Assembly (NCBI RefSeq): GCF_009914755.1 | Contig: NC_060942.1 | Source of the DNA: the human T2T-CHM13v2.0 reference genome, Homo sapiens | Strand: one strand, 5' to 3' | DNA length: 64,000 nucleotides | Shown: one piece after another, positions 1-19,525 of the stretch | Layout of the letters: every line of letters begins with the position of its first letter | How positions within the stretch are numbered: position 1 is the first letter of the stretch | Translations under genes and position numbers: made by a program | Notes under the pieces: generated by a model | Seen by the model: only the letters and a program-made list of their open reading frames with translations | The model's database searches: none | Told to the model about the DNA's origin: nothing

Positions 1-854
1 AATTTCTTTCAGTAGGGATGTGAATGAATGAATTAAGGGAGATAGCTAAAGCCATATTATCTTATGAACATCACCAGAAATAAATCTCTTATTGTTATCT
101 GCATTTGTATGCCTCTATTGATTTAAGGTCAGAATAAATAAATATCATTTATTGATTCTCCTTTTTCATTCTTAATAATCCAGTCATCCAAATAGATACA
201 CCGAAAGTCTATCATTTCTAGGACAAAAAGAATTAATTGTAGGATTAAAAAGATTCATTGAAAAGTGCCTTCCATCACACAGAGTTTCTCAGTGTCTCAC
301 TAATTATGAAAGAACAGATGAAGGTCACTAAATATGTGAGAAAATTTAATATAAAAAGGACAGGGTCTAACCAAGCAACTGAAGCTCAGAAGAAGGGAGA
401 AAATAAAGGAATAGGAAACAAAAAATGCATTTTAAAAAATTCATTAAAGTACACAAAGACAAAAGAGAAGATACTGCATTCATAAAAAAGAACAGAAAGC
501 TATAGAAAAAAGAACTGTTAAAAAAAAACAGCAAAGAAAATGCTCCTGGAAATTAAAACAATTGTAGCAGAAATGAAAAACTCAATGGAAGAATTGGAAT
601 TGGATTAGAGACTGAGAAAATCTCCCAGAAAAAAAAAATGAATGTAAAGCTGGAGGAATGAAAAACAAGAGAGAGAAGATGAAAAGTTTAGATCAGTCCA
701 GGAGGTTCAACATCTTCAGAGTGGAAGTTCCAGAAAGAGAAAGTGAAAAAAATATAGAGAAAAAAATTATAAAATAAATAACTCCAGGAAGTTCCCCAGA
801 AGGACACACGTTTACAGATTAAAAGAACCTACTGAGTGACTAAGCCAAATTTAA

Positions 855-890
855 ACACACACACACACACACACATACACACACACACAC
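855..890. repeat. (CA)n microsatellite
   Basis: Direct CA run. Confidence 0.95.
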
Positions 891-1055
891 TAAGGCATAT
901 CACTGCAAAATTTCAGAACACTGGGTACAAAAATAAAATCCTAAAAGCATCCAGAGAGAAGAAAAACACATGAACTCACAAATTTTATATAAAAGACAGC
1001 AAATCAAACTTATATCAAATTTCACAAAACAACTCTAGGAGCTAGCAAAAAATGA

Positions 1056-1399
<344 letters not shown>

Positions 1400-1450
1400 C
1401 CAAAAGAGAATGATTTGTAACTTAGAATTGTGTATGCTGTCAAAATGTCA

Positions 1451-1660
<210 letters not shown>

Positions 1661-2205
1661 ATCTAAAAAAGATTTACCTCCCACCATCATTTCTCAGGAA
1701 ATGAATATGAACTCCTTTAAGATGTGTGAGTAAACCAAGAAAGAAGATGACATGGGATCCAGGAAATGGGATGATGATGCACTCGGAATGGCAACTAAGG
1801 ACATTCCAAGAATGATGGGAAATTCCAGGGTGATTGTACAGCAGGCCTTGGAGCTACTCGTCCAGATCGGAGTAGTAGGACAAACCGCTCCAAAAGGGAT
1901 GTCTTAAAAAAAATTTCAAAAAGGAAAAAGAAAGAAAGAAAAAAGAAATTGAGAAATGTGTTTAAAATTATTGAAAGGAGATTTATTCTGCTGGCAGAGA
2001 GTTAGGGGATAGATTAATGATACCAAGAACACTAAGCAAATGAAAAGAATGAGGCACTTATTATCTCCAAGGAAAATAAAAAGCTGTACAAAAAGCATAT
2101 TACATGGTTCATCTGTGCATACGAATATTGATTTAACCAAAACCTATGATATATTTATAGTGGTCAGAAGGAAGGTGCAGGGGGAAGAAGAAATGCTGAA
2201 GAGAG

Positions 2206-2405
2206 GAAATACTTTAAGCACAATAAATCTTCACTTTCCAAATAAGAAAGCCTGCAGAGAATATCCAAAAACTATTAAATATAAATCAGTAGTATAGGAA
2301 AATAGAAATACTTTAAGCACAATAAATCTTCACTTTCCAAATAAGAAAGCCTGCAGAGAATATCCAAAAACTATTAAATATAAATCAGTAGTATAGGAAA
2401 ATAGA
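2206..2405. repeat. Perfect 99-bp tandem duplication
   Basis: gaaatactttaagcac...gtataggaaaata starts at both 2206 and 2305, no mismatch seen. Confidence 0.95.
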
Positions 2406-2930
2406 TGAAATATGAAAATAAATACCAGGAAAAATGGCTAAAATAGGTGAAAATGCTTTTACCTGAAGACCGAAAATTAAAATTAGGAAGGAGTGTGAGG
2501 CAGGGGAATGCTGGTTTTCATTTTAAGCAATGTAGAACTACTTAACTTTTAAAACTGTGCATATCCATATATTTAATAAAAATATAAACTAAATTTAAAA
2601 GTCTGCTTTTCTGGATCAAAGCCTGACTTGCTTTACAAGAGACTGGTTTTCATCCAATTTATCAAGTATTCCCTAAGCATCTCTCTCTCTAAAATCGATC
2701 AGCACTGCTTAATAAGAAATGAACAACAAATGGCTAATTTCATTTAATTATTTATTCAACAAATATTTGCAGAAAGTTCCAGGCATCTGGGATATATGGG
2801 TGAACAAAACAGAAAAAGGCCTAATCCTTTCAGAATTATATTCTCATAGGGTAATGGACAATAAACTATTCACCTGAAATATAGATACAGTACGTGGAAT
2901 TTCATAAAGTGGGACTGAGTAAAGGGATCA

Positions 2931-3611
<681 letters not shown>

Positions 3612-4321
3612 TCAAAACAGATCTCACTGAAAAGGTGATAACTGAGCAAAGGCGAGAAGGCAGTGAGGAAATTAACCCAAGAGGGGCTATTCTAGGCACA
3701 TGAAAGGAAGAGCACAACAGCAGGAAGGTAGGACCATGCCGGTGTTCTGGAAACACCAAGGTGGTCAACGTGATGAAAGGCGGTCAGAAACTAATGCAGG
3801 CGGGAGGAGATGGCAGGCCTGGGGAAGGTGGTGGGTATTTGGATTCAGGGTGCAGAATCCTGAGAATAGTCAGGAGTCCGTGCAGACAGAGGACGGCCTC
3901 CACCAGGTGGCAGAAATGGAATTCCTGAGAAGTGGTCAGATTCTGGATCTATGTTAAGGATCTATGTTAAAGGTAGGGCAGACAGGAGATACCTTTGGAC
4001 CAGGTATGGAGTAAGAGCGGGGAGAAAAGAGTCATGAATGATTCCAAAGTTTTTGTACTGAAGAATGAAGTTGTATCCACTGGGATGGGAAACAACAGGT
4101 CACGCAGGCTGGGGCGACAATCAGATTAGGGTTAGATATAGAAAGTTTACATGTCCAAGATTAGTTAAGAGAGGGTGAGGTGCTCTGGAAGCTGATGAAG
4201 AAAGAGTTGGGGAAGAGGGAGTGATCAACTGTGTCAAACGCTGCTGAGAGATCAAGGGAAGGCAGATGAGCCAATGGGGAGGTATGGGCGATTTTAAAAG
4301 AGCCGTTTCATGGAGGGATCA

Positions 4322-4874
<553 letters not shown>

Positions 4875-5198
4875 TCACTGTTTTCAGGATTTTTGCCTCA
4901 GTGGGGAACAAAGTAATGGGTTGGGTGCTGGCCAGGAAAATCATGTCAAGAAGAGATTTTTCTTTACTTGGGAGAAATAGTAACACTGTGGTTTGCTGAT
5001 GGTGATGTCTGGTATAGAATTAATATATTTGATGATGCAAGAGAGAGAGGACAGCTTTCCTGGAGCAGTGTTCTGAGTGGTCTAGCACACAGTGGAGGGA
5101 TGTGTTTTTGGCAGGAGCATGGAGAGCTCACCTGTGCTAATGGGAGGAAAAGCAGAGGTGGGAGATGTAGTGCCAGGCAGGTTTGGAAATCTCCTCTA

Positions 5199-5740
<542 letters not shown>

Positions 5741-5917
5741 GCAGGAAGCCAGGTTATTAGCTAAGAGTGAAGATATCCGAGGTGGTGTTGAAGGTTTGAA
5801 GGGAGAATGGGTATGAAATAAACACCCAGAAGAGGGAGAGGGTGAACGAACAGACTAGAGGAAGACAGCATAATGGGTGATCATTTGTAAGTCCCAATTG
5901 AACTTCATGGTCACCCC

Positions 5918-6272
5918 CGCCTTAGTTTGTTCAGGCTGCTATCACAAAACGCCATAAACTGGGTAGCTTATAAACAGCAGAAATTTATTTCTCACAGTTC
6001 TAGAGGCTGAGAAGTCCAAGATAAAGTTGCCAGCAGATTCAATCCCTGGTGAGGGCTTGATTCCTCAAAAATGGCACCTTCTGTGTCCTCACATGATGGA
6101 AGGAACTAGCTAGCTCTAGTCTCTTTTATAAGGGCACTAATCACATTCATGAGGGCTCCGCCCTCATGACCTAATCACCTCCCAAAGGCTCCACCTCCTA
6201 TTATCATCACCTTGGCAGTTAGGATTTCAACATATGAATTTGCGGGGAGAGACAAATGTTCAAATCATAGCA
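5918..6272 (-). mobile_element. MaLR solo LTR (MLT1A-like)
   Basis: tttatttctcacagttctagaggctgagaagtccaagat...catgacctaatcacctcccaaagg...atagca. Confidence 0.85.
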
Positions 6273-6342
6273 CTACTCTTCCCATCCATCATATACCATT
6301 TTGTACATTTGTGACCTGTTTTAAGTGTCAAAAAGGAAGCAA

Positions 6343-6640
6343 GGCTGGGTGCTGTGGCTCATGTCTGCAATCCCAACACTTTAGGAGGCCAAGGTAGGTG
6401 GATAGCTTGAGGCCAGGAGTTTAAGACCAGCCCGGGCAACATAGTGAGACCCCACCTCTACAAATGAAAAATCTAGCCAGGTGTGGTGGTGCGCACCTGT
6501 GGTCCTAGCTACTCAAGAGGCTAGGCAGGAGGATCACTTGAGCCCAGGAGTTTGAGGCTGCAGTGAGCTGTGATTGCGCAACTGTCCTCCAGCCTGGACA
6601 ACAGCATAAGACCCTGTCTCAAAACAAACAAACAAACAAA
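6343..6640 (+). mobile_element. AluJ
   Basis: Full dimer with (aaac)n tail. Confidence 0.92.
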
Positions 6641-6790
6641 ACACACACACACACACGCACACAAAAGCAAGAAGAGAAAAAACCTGAACTCAGTTTGAAG
6701 TGGTCTCCAAATTCCTATGATTTGATGATGAGAAACACAATAAAATGGATTTCAACATGCTCCTCATCATTTTTACATCCTCAGTCATAA

Positions 6791-7198
<408 letters not shown>

Positions 7199-7239
7199 TA
7201 ACTAGAGAAAGAGAAGAAGGGAAGGGAGAAACCCCTTCC

Positions 7240-7989
7240 ACAGTATCAGTTAAATATTGGAAGGAATGATAAAATTAGAAAATTGCCATTTTGCATTTCC
7301 TAGTATTGATTCAGGCAAAGATCAACAATGTGCAGTAAAACCACCAGGGGAAAGACGATGGAGAGCAAGCTACTCACACAGACTCAAGGCAACACTCACA
7401 TATCACTTATAATTTACAAAGGAAAAGCCTATCTTTACCTTTGGAGAGAACTGGTGGACATCGCCTTGGGAAAGTGATCAAACTTAGCATCCACATTATG
7501 AACCCCAGATGGGATGTAGCAAGAAGCATACAAGCATACCAACGTGGCATTCTTGGCAAAACTGTCTGACTTGAATCTAATCATAAGGAAACAATCAGCC
7601 AATTTCAGAATGTTGGGACAGCCTACAAGACCAGTTGGCCTGGAGTTTTCAAAAAAAGTCAATATTTTGAAAGTAGGAGGATGGTTCTTGATTGGAAGAG
7701 ACTCCAGAGACTCAACACCAATGCAGAGAACCTGGATTTGCATCTTGGAACAGAAAATAGAAGAGGTATAAAAAGATATTCTGGAGGCATCTGGGGAAAT
7801 GCGGATGTGGGTTGCAGATTATTAGATGATAGTGTGTAATTAATATTTATTTTTGTAGGAGTAATATTTACATCATGTTTCTGTAAGATGCTGCCTTATT
7901 TTCAGGAGATGTTGGCTGAAGTACTTACAGGTAAAGTGTTATACTGTCAGCACCTTATTTTCAAATGTTTAAACCAAAAAAAAGAAAGT

Positions 7990-8039
<50 letters not shown>

Positions 8040-8240
8040 GTGTATGCATGGGTACGTATGAAGAGAGAACAATAAAGCAAATGTAACAAAATGTTAATAC
8101 CTGGTGAATCTAGATGAAGGGTATATGTGTGTTCAACTTTTCTGTCGATTTGAAATTTTTCCTTCCAGCTCTTAGGGAAATGGGGAAAAGAAATTTAAAA
8201 TTTTAAATAAAAAAAATTTAAAAACAAAAATTTCCAAATA
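7240..8240 (+). mobile_element. L1ME-like 3' UTR relic containing (TG)n at ~7991-8037
   Basis: ggtgaatctagatgaagggtatatg...aaattttt..aaataaaa typical of old L1M 3' ends. Confidence 0.65.
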
Positions 8241-9064
8241 AAAGTTAGATTTTAAAAAAGCGCCCTATCTGTGGCAAGTTGCTGAAAGTACCTTGAATGC
8301 AAGACAGTGAATAGGAGACCAGGGTCATATGAATCCCAAGTTTTCTTTTTTGGAAGCAGTGATTGCTACATTGTTTTCCATTCCCAAAATTTTCCTAAAT
8401 CTCAGCATAACAAATAGTTCTGCAGGATTTCCAAAAATGCCTAACTGTTTCCATATTTGGGACAATTTTTTCCTGGGTACCAAAACAAAAAAATAAATTT
8501 TCCCTGCCCTTCTGAGAGAGAATGAGGATATTAGCTTTCCGTGGCTTAGTGGGGATTTTCCCACAAGAAGTAAAAGGATGCCCTGATTTCTAGTCTCCCC
8601 AGTATAAACTCAGAACATGGCTCATCACAGAGAGTATTGCCAGTTGTGTGACTGGAGGGCTAGCAGTGCAATAGAGGAAAATGCAGCTTACCCTTCTAAA
8701 AGTTCTTTCCTTAGAACCCTAAACTCACTGAAATGCTGAGCCCAGTTTAAAGTCATGCAATTTAAGAGGGTGTGAAAAACTTGGACAAGGCTCTAAACTC
8801 ACGAAAACAACTTCAGGATTAAAGGCTTGGAGAACAAGCTTTCTGAGGAAGGTCAGAGAGAATGAATGGGCTGTTTTGCTAGGAGATGAGCAACCATGTG
8901 GCAATTTAATGCTGGTTCTTCAGATGTACCAAGAGAATGGCAACCAGATGCTCCCTGCTGCCACGAGAACAGGAAAAGCAGAAACTGGTTTGCCTTAATG
9001 AAGGAATTCATTTCTGGGAAGGTTGTTAAAAAGAAGTTGGGCATCATCAGAGGGACCATTCTAG

Positions 9065-9342
<278 letters not shown>

Positions 9343-10650
9343 TGAAAATGTTAATTAACCCAGAAAATTCCTAGTCTAAATGCCAGCTTAATCAGTAGAT
9401 CCTTCTTTCATCTATCCATTTTTTTTTCTTCTTCTCTTTGTAACCTGCCTACCAGAGAAATGGGATGCCAAGGTCTTCCTTCGGGGATACAAATATTTCT
9501 TCATCACACAAATCTCTTGATCACAATGACGTGGCAGAAAGCTTGTTCTGAAGCATTGCTGTAAATTATATGAAAGCATTATTTAATGTGTTTGGCCTTA
9601 TGGCTTCATCTTCCTAATTATGTTTATTTTGATAAGCATGCTAATCAGTCTGGGGTAAGAGGGTGAAGGTGGAAATTAGGATTATAGTTAAAATATGCCT
9701 GGGGGAGGAGAGCCTCTTGTGAGTAAACATCTAATCGTAATTCACATGAATTGCACATGAAGCCCATCAAGAGTTGGCACCACCTCAGATCTGAAATTAG
9801 CTCATTCTTCCTTCATCATCTTACTTTCTACCCTATCTCAGAAAAGTTATCGCTTTCCTTTTTCCAAGGGAGCATCTCTGTCCCTAACATGGCAGAAAGA
9901 AAGAAAATGTGACTGAAAAACTGATAAAAGGACTGAGGCTGGATGAGATTTTTGTCACAGAAGAGTTTTAAATGGAGTGATCCTATGGTCAAAGTGATGC
10001 GATTTTCTGTGAACAGCTGGACAAAGTGATACAAATGTGTTCCTAGCAGAAAAGCAGATTTAGATCCTCCCAAGAGCTCAGCAATGATGTATGGTGCCAA
10101 TTACTGTTGTTTGCTTTTTGTTTTGGTTCATCTGTTTTTCTCTCGCTCACCCATACCCAATTCTGTCATTTACGCCAGGCTATTGTTTATGACAGTCACA
10201 GCTTTCCAAAGAACCCCCAATCCCTGCTAGTCCCCTTTCCAGCAAAACTGGAAACTCACAGGGCTTGCCCAGTTTTCCTTGCAGTTTCATGTCATGTATG
10301 TTTGGGAGCTGAGTCCCTCCTGAGGATGAGAAGAAAACAATTCTCTATGTAGTTATGTACTCTGGTATCGGCATTTATTTGGGGTTTGGGAAAGCCTCTA
10401 AAGCAATGAAGAAGGAAATCAGAAAAATCCCAGGCGTTGCATTTTGGTGGCCTTTGATCAGCTGGGAGATGGCTCAGGGCCTGCTGTCTTCTCTTTCTAT
10501 TGAGCTCACAGCGCCATCTCTTGTCCTCCCAGGTAATTACAGGTGGCAATAGCTCTTGGAGCACTAAAGGATATTTCATTGGGCTCTAGAATCTTCGCAC
10601 TCAGCATCAGGAGCTAGGCTATGAGAGCTATTGTCACCTGTAAACAGTAT

Positions 10651-12047
<1,397 letters not shown>

Positions 12048-12284
12048 GTATATTTAAAAAAAAAAAAAATATATATATATATAGCCAATTCGTGAAATAA
12101 TTATATTTCATTTTAATGAAAAAAATTGGGGGGATGTTGTTCCACTTTATCTATTTTTTATTTTACTTTTTATTTTAGACTCAAGGGCACATATGTAGGT
12201 TTGTCACATGGGCCTATTGCATGATGCTGAGGTTTGGGGTATGATTGATCCCGGCACCCAGGTAGTGAGCATAGTACCCAATAG

Positions 12285-12696
<412 letters not shown>

Positions 12697-13193
12697 TCAT
12701 GTGTACCCAGTGTTTAGCTACCACTTATAAATGAGAATATTTGGTATTTTTCTGTTTCTGTGTTAATTCACTTAGGATAATGGCCTCTAGCTGCAACCAT
12801 GTTGCTGCAAAGGACATGATTTCATACTTTTCATGGTTTTGTAGTATTCCTTGGTGTATATGTACCATTTTCTTTATCCCGTTCACCATTGATGGGCACC
12901 TAGATTGATTCCATGTCTTTGCTACTGTGAGTAGTACTGTGATGAACATACAAGGGCAGGGGTCTTTGTGGTAGAATGATTTGTTTTCCTTTGGATATAT
13001 AGCCAGTAATGGAATTACTGCTGGGTTGAATGGTTGTTCTAAGTTCTTTGAGATATCTCCAAACTGCTTTCCACACTGGCTGATTTAATTTTCATTCCCA
13101 CCAACTGTGTATAAGCCTCCCCTTTTCTCTGCAGCCTTGCCAACATCTGTTTGCTTTTTGTTTTTTGTTTTTGTTTTAGTTTTTACTTTTTAA

Positions 13194-13321
13194 CCTATTT
13201 ATGCTGGAGATTGCTCTTTTTTTTTTTTAAACTAGACGTTGGGCAATGACCTTGAGCTGTAGGATATAAACAACTTCCACAAGCTTAGCGTTCCAATAAT
13301 GGAACACTAGGCATAAATGGC
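13194..13321 (-). mobile_element. MER85 non-autonomous piggyBac (PGBD3 family) element
   Basis: TTAA at 13190-13193, ctaa on the other side; TIRs cctatttatgc / gcataaatggc; internal palindrome gttccaataatggaac at 13290-13305. Confidence 0.88.
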
Positions 13322-14032
13322 CTAATAATAGCCATTCTGACTGCCATGAGACAGTATCTCACTGTGGTTTTGATTTGCATTTCTCTGATGAATAGTGATG
13401 TTGAGCATTTTTTCATGTTTGTTGGCCGCTTGTATGTCTTCTTTTGAGATGTGTCTGTAAATATTAATACTATCTTGAAAGCAAGTTCAGCACTCCCCTT
13501 TATTTGAAATTGATTCTTGGGTCACATCAATGGGAGCCCCCAGCTTGAGGTTAAGTTCTTTATACTTATACCACCAGAATCAGTCTTCCTTCAACCAGTG
13601 GCTTGCTTTCCACACATTTCAGAACATGAGATGTTCCAAAATATCACTCAAAATAGGCCTTTTGGTCTACGTGGACACACAGGTAACACTGAGGCCACTT
13701 TTTGTCATTTTTTGATGACCCACCAATAGCAGCAAACCACATATACAAAGATTGATTTCTGGCAAGTAATTGCAAGTCTAGCCACACAAACCTATTGAAG
13801 ATAATTGTTCTGAAACCTCAGAAGCCAGAGAAACAGAAATGTCAGAGGTGTTCAAACCAGAGCGACTCCAGCTTGAATAGGGGCTGGGTAAACTGAGGCT
13901 GAGATCTACTGGGCTGCACTCCCAGGAGGTTAGGCATTGTTAGTCACAGGATGAGACAGGAGGTTGGCACAAGATACAGGTCATAAAGACCTTGCTGATA
14001 AAAAAAAAGTTTGCGGTAAAGAAGTCGGCCAA

Positions 14033-14407
<375 letters not shown>

Positions 14408-14525
14408 CTAATTATAATGCATTAGATGCCAAAAGACACTCCCACCAGCGCCATGCCAGTTTACAAATACCATGGCAATGTCAGGAAGTTACGCTATATA
14501 GTCTGAAAAGGGGAGGAACACTTAG

Positions 14526-14555
14526 TTCTGGGAATTGCCCACCCCTTTCCCAGAA
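14526..14555. promoter_or_regulatory. Tandem GAS (STAT) motifs in MER41
   Basis: TTCTGGGAA 14526-14534 and TTCCCAGAA 14547-14555 both fit TTCNNNGAA. Confidence 0.65.
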
Positions 14556-14978
14556 AACTCATGAATAATCCACCCTTTTTCTAGCATATAATCAAGAAAT
14601 AACCGTAAGTTTCCTAGCTGAGCAGCCCATACTGCTGCTCTGCCTATGGAGTAGCCATTCTTTATTCCTTCACTTTTCTAATAAGCTTGCTTTCACTTTA
14701 CGGATTTGCCTCGAATTCTTTCTTGCACGAGATCCAAGAACCCTCTCTTAGGGTCTGGATTGGGACCCCTTTAGAGTAACAGAAAGACTGAAGAAAATAA
14801 AGGGGACAGCAGATAAATAGAAAAAGAAAAATAGACAGTGTTGAAAAAAAAAAGCAGCAATTTCCATTTTTCTAAAGTAAGAGTGGGAATGAATGATAGA
14901 TCCTCTGAACAAAAAATAAAAAGAAATGTAAGGGGTGCCGGCCAGAAGGCGACAATTTAATTTTACAGACAGTAAAAT

Positions 14979-15290
14979 AGGCCAGGTGTGGTGGCTCATG
15001 TCTACAATCCCAGCACTTTGGGAGGCCGAGACAGGAGGATTGCTTGAGCCCAGGATTCTAGACTAGCCTGGGCAACATATGGAGACCTCATCCCTACAAA
15101 AAGTTAAAAAATTAGCTGGGCCTGGTGGTGTGTGCCTGCAGTCCTGGCTACTTGGGAGGCTGAGGAGAGAGGATTGTTTTAGCCCAGGATGCAGTGAGCT
15201 ATGATCACACCACTGTACTCCATCCAGCCTGGGCAACAGAGCAAGACCCTGTCTCAAACAAAACAAAATAAAACAAAAACCCAGCAAAAT
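14979..15290 (+). mobile_element. AluJ
   Basis: Dimer with small internal deletion. Confidence 0.9.
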
Positions 15291-15526
15291 AAAATGAATA
15301 ATAATTTGAATTACTTGGAGATCCAATATCTTGATTTTCCAAGTCAATTAAACATGTTTATTAATAGATAAATGAGCATAATTCTGCTAAAAGCAGGGAA
15401 CCCTCCCCAATCAACTACTCTAACACACACACAGATATACACTCACTCTTTGTAGAACCAGAGAGGGACTAATAATCAAATAAACTAAGTGCAAACCATC
15501 TAGAAAAAGTTTTTTTTTTCTCCTGA

Positions 15527-15817
<291 letters not shown>

Positions 15818-15889
15818 TAAAGAGCTTTGCCTCAGAGATGAGATTATCAGCCACACTGACAACATCTCTCATCCCATGGCCTTCATTCT

Positions 15890-16115
15890 AAAGGATTCTG
15901 GTTCAGAGTCCAAACCCTGGAGCAGACAGATGCCTGTGTGACCTTGGGCAGGCTTCTTAAATTTTCCCTCTGGGTTCCCTCATCCATATCATAGGGACAT
16001 AACAATAGTACATACCTCAAAGAGTTGTTCAAAGACTATACAGTGTAGGTAAGATGCTTAGAACAGTGCCTGGCATGTAGTGAGCATGATATAAAGTGCT
16101 GGTTTTTACTACTAT
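15890..16115 (+). mobile_element. MIR
   Basis: tgtgaccttgggcagg...cttagaacagtgcctggcatgtagtgag core. Confidence 0.75.
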
Positions 16116-16292
16116 CATACGAAAATCAGGGATTCTAGTTCTTGTTTTGGTGGCCAACTTAACGTTTTCTCCCACTGGTGTTTAGAGTGTTTGCTCTCAT
16201 GCATATGAGCAACTCCTCACTGTCTCAAGTTAAGCTTTTCATGTGACAGTCACTCCTTCCTTACTCAGCACAGGGATAAGGGATGAGGGGGA

Positions 16293-16641
16293 GTACTAGT
16301 TCATTTTCACACTGCTGATAAACACATACCTGAGACTGGGCAATTTACAATGGAAAGAGGTTTAATGGAGAACTCACAGTTCCATGTGACTGGGGAAGCC
16401 TCATAATCATGGTGGAAGGCTAGGAGGAGCAAGTCACATCTTACCTGGATGGCAGCAGGCAAAGAGAGCTTGTGCATGGCAACTCCCCCTTATAAATCCA
16501 TCAGATATCGTGAGACTTATTCACTATCATGAGAACAGCACAGGAAAGACCTGCTCCCATGATTCAATTACCTCCCACCAGGTCCCACCAACATATGGAA
16601 ATTCAAGATGATATTTGAGTGGGACACAGCCAAGCCATACT
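16293..16641 (-). mobile_element. THE1/MST MaLR solo LTR
   Basis: acatacctgagactgggcaattta...gtgagacttattcactatcatgagaacagca...gggacacagccaagccata. Confidence 0.88.
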
Positions 16642-16884
16642 GGGGGGAAAGTGGAACTGGGGCTCCTGGGGGAGTCTTCCCTTGAGAGTGAGTGGCTAAC
16701 ATGCAACCTGAGTTTTTAGTAGGCCCTGTAAATCCCACGTGAATGGAAACCCTATATATCATGAAAAGGATAGAAATGTGGGGACCTGTTAATACTACAT
16801 TAACGTATATAATATTTCATATGTTTTAATAAGAGAAAGCCATGTTTTACTGGTTATCAAAAATATCCCAGTCTTTACTGGATG

Positions 16885-17252
<368 letters not shown>

Positions 17253-18058
17253 TAATCCTTCACAATCTGTGAAATTTACTTTATTATTATTATCCATTTA
17301 TTTTTTCATGCAGAAACCCATGCATTCATCCATCCACCCAATTGTTATTTTGTAATTCTGTTGAGCACTTATTGGAACAGAGATAAAAGACTCAAACATC
17401 AACAATGCTCAGAGGATTAAATGGAGGCCGGAGACAAGGGGACAGATCATGACAACCTGGTGATGGCAGGCACGCCCTGGTGTGCCCAGAGCACTGCAAA
17501 AGGTGCATCTAACTGAGGCTGAGCATAGGAGTTAAGCATGGCCAGGAAAGGCTTTCTAGATTGGATGGCGGCCAGGCCAATCTTGAAGGAAGAAGCTATT
17601 GGCCAGAGAAAGACAGGGAGGAAGGAAAGTTCAGGCAGACAGACACTGACCCAGGCACCTTGGTGAGGAGACCCTCCCAGTGCTGTTCACTTCTCAAAGT
17701 GGAGCACCTCTGTCCCCAGGGGTAATTTAAGGAGGAAATGTGGGACATCTTTTGAACCTGCAACTTTACTCGTTAGTGAGTAATTTTAAACAAAGAATAA
17801 GTAAAGTGTCTCAGTAAGGTCAGAGCTAAGATTCATTTGTGCCTCCCAGCTCCCCTCCAAAAATCTAGCTTTGTCTTTACATTCTGGGTGACACTTTCTG
17901 AATGGGGCTTGGATTTGAATGGGATCCAGGAACCCCATGGGAAAGAATCTGAACCCTGTTCACAATTGGAGTTCATTAGAAACATATCTGAAAGGCTGAG
18001 AGACCCAGTGACAGGCTGTGGAGGACAATGGAGCCTTAGGATTAAAGAAAAAAGAAGA

Positions 18059-18307
<249 letters not shown>

Positions 18308-19525
18308 AGAGAAGAAGAAGGAGGAGGAGGAGGAGAAGGAGGAAAGAAAAGGCACTAAGTGAGCAGATCTGGTGGAGAAGGTCAAACTCAGCAGGAGGGC
18401 GGTTAAGTCAGGGACAGCGATTCCAGACAATGTGGGGTGTGCTTGTCCCTCCCATGGACACCCCTGCCTCCATCCCACCTAGGCCCAGGAGAGTCTGTCT
18501 GCTCTAGGGTATGAAAGATGTAACCTAGGAGCCTCCTGTATGAGAGAGCTGAAAGAGAAAGGAGAGACCTTTCCCTCAGGCCAGAGAGGATGGGTCAGCA
18601 GAGCAGAAAGCAGCCCAAGGCCACCACAGTGAGCCCAGGTGGCAGAACACAGGGCTAACTGAGCTGCTGGCCACGGATACAATTCAGGGGAGTCACCCCC
18701 ATGCCTTTCTGGCTCCTGAAGAAAAACAAGAGAAAAGGATGCTGTTTGAACAGTCTTCCCTGCGAGGTTGTATATTCAGTGAACTTAGGGACAAACTATC
18801 AAAGGGACAAACTGAAAGGATCCACAAGCTTGGAGAATGAGAATCAGGGTACACATGAGACCCCTGCGGGTTCCTAGATGAACATAGGACAATAAAGCCC
18901 TGGAAAAGAAAAAAAGACAGATGCGGGGGAGCAGGGGTCTTGAGGTCTTGAAATTGGGTCATTTCTGCAAATACAATCACAGTTCTCAATTCAGGTAACA
19001 CCTAGGTCCAACCAGTCAATTATATCCAACAGTGTGTGACTGAGCTATATGTTGCAGTACAATGCAAAATTGCAGTCATTTTTGAAATCAAGCATAAGTT
19101 TTTGAAAAATTTTAAAGATAACTTTGCATGGCTTTTCCAAATTTTAGAGTGTGATTTCACCCCCCTCTGGATAAGGGGATGTCAGTGGAATAATTTGAGC
19201 AACTTGGCCTCCAGGGAACCAAGTATCCTGTGGTAGAGTTCAATATATAGGCAAGGTGGGGAAGGTAGGAGAAGATCAAAGAGGTGGCTGGAGAAGTAGG
19301 CAGGTCAGCCAGGGCCTCTGGGCCCCACCCTTCACAGGGTTGCCCATGCATGTGGTCTCTCCCCGATCCCATCCCAGTCTCTGGGTGTCCCCTGCTCTCT
19401 CTCTCTATCCCATCAGGGTCACTGCCCCCAATACCAAGTTTACCTCAAATTTCCTCTGGCTTCACCTGTCGAATGAACCTATCCTGTGCTCTCCACCAAA
19501 ATACCAGACACATATTTGAATCCCA

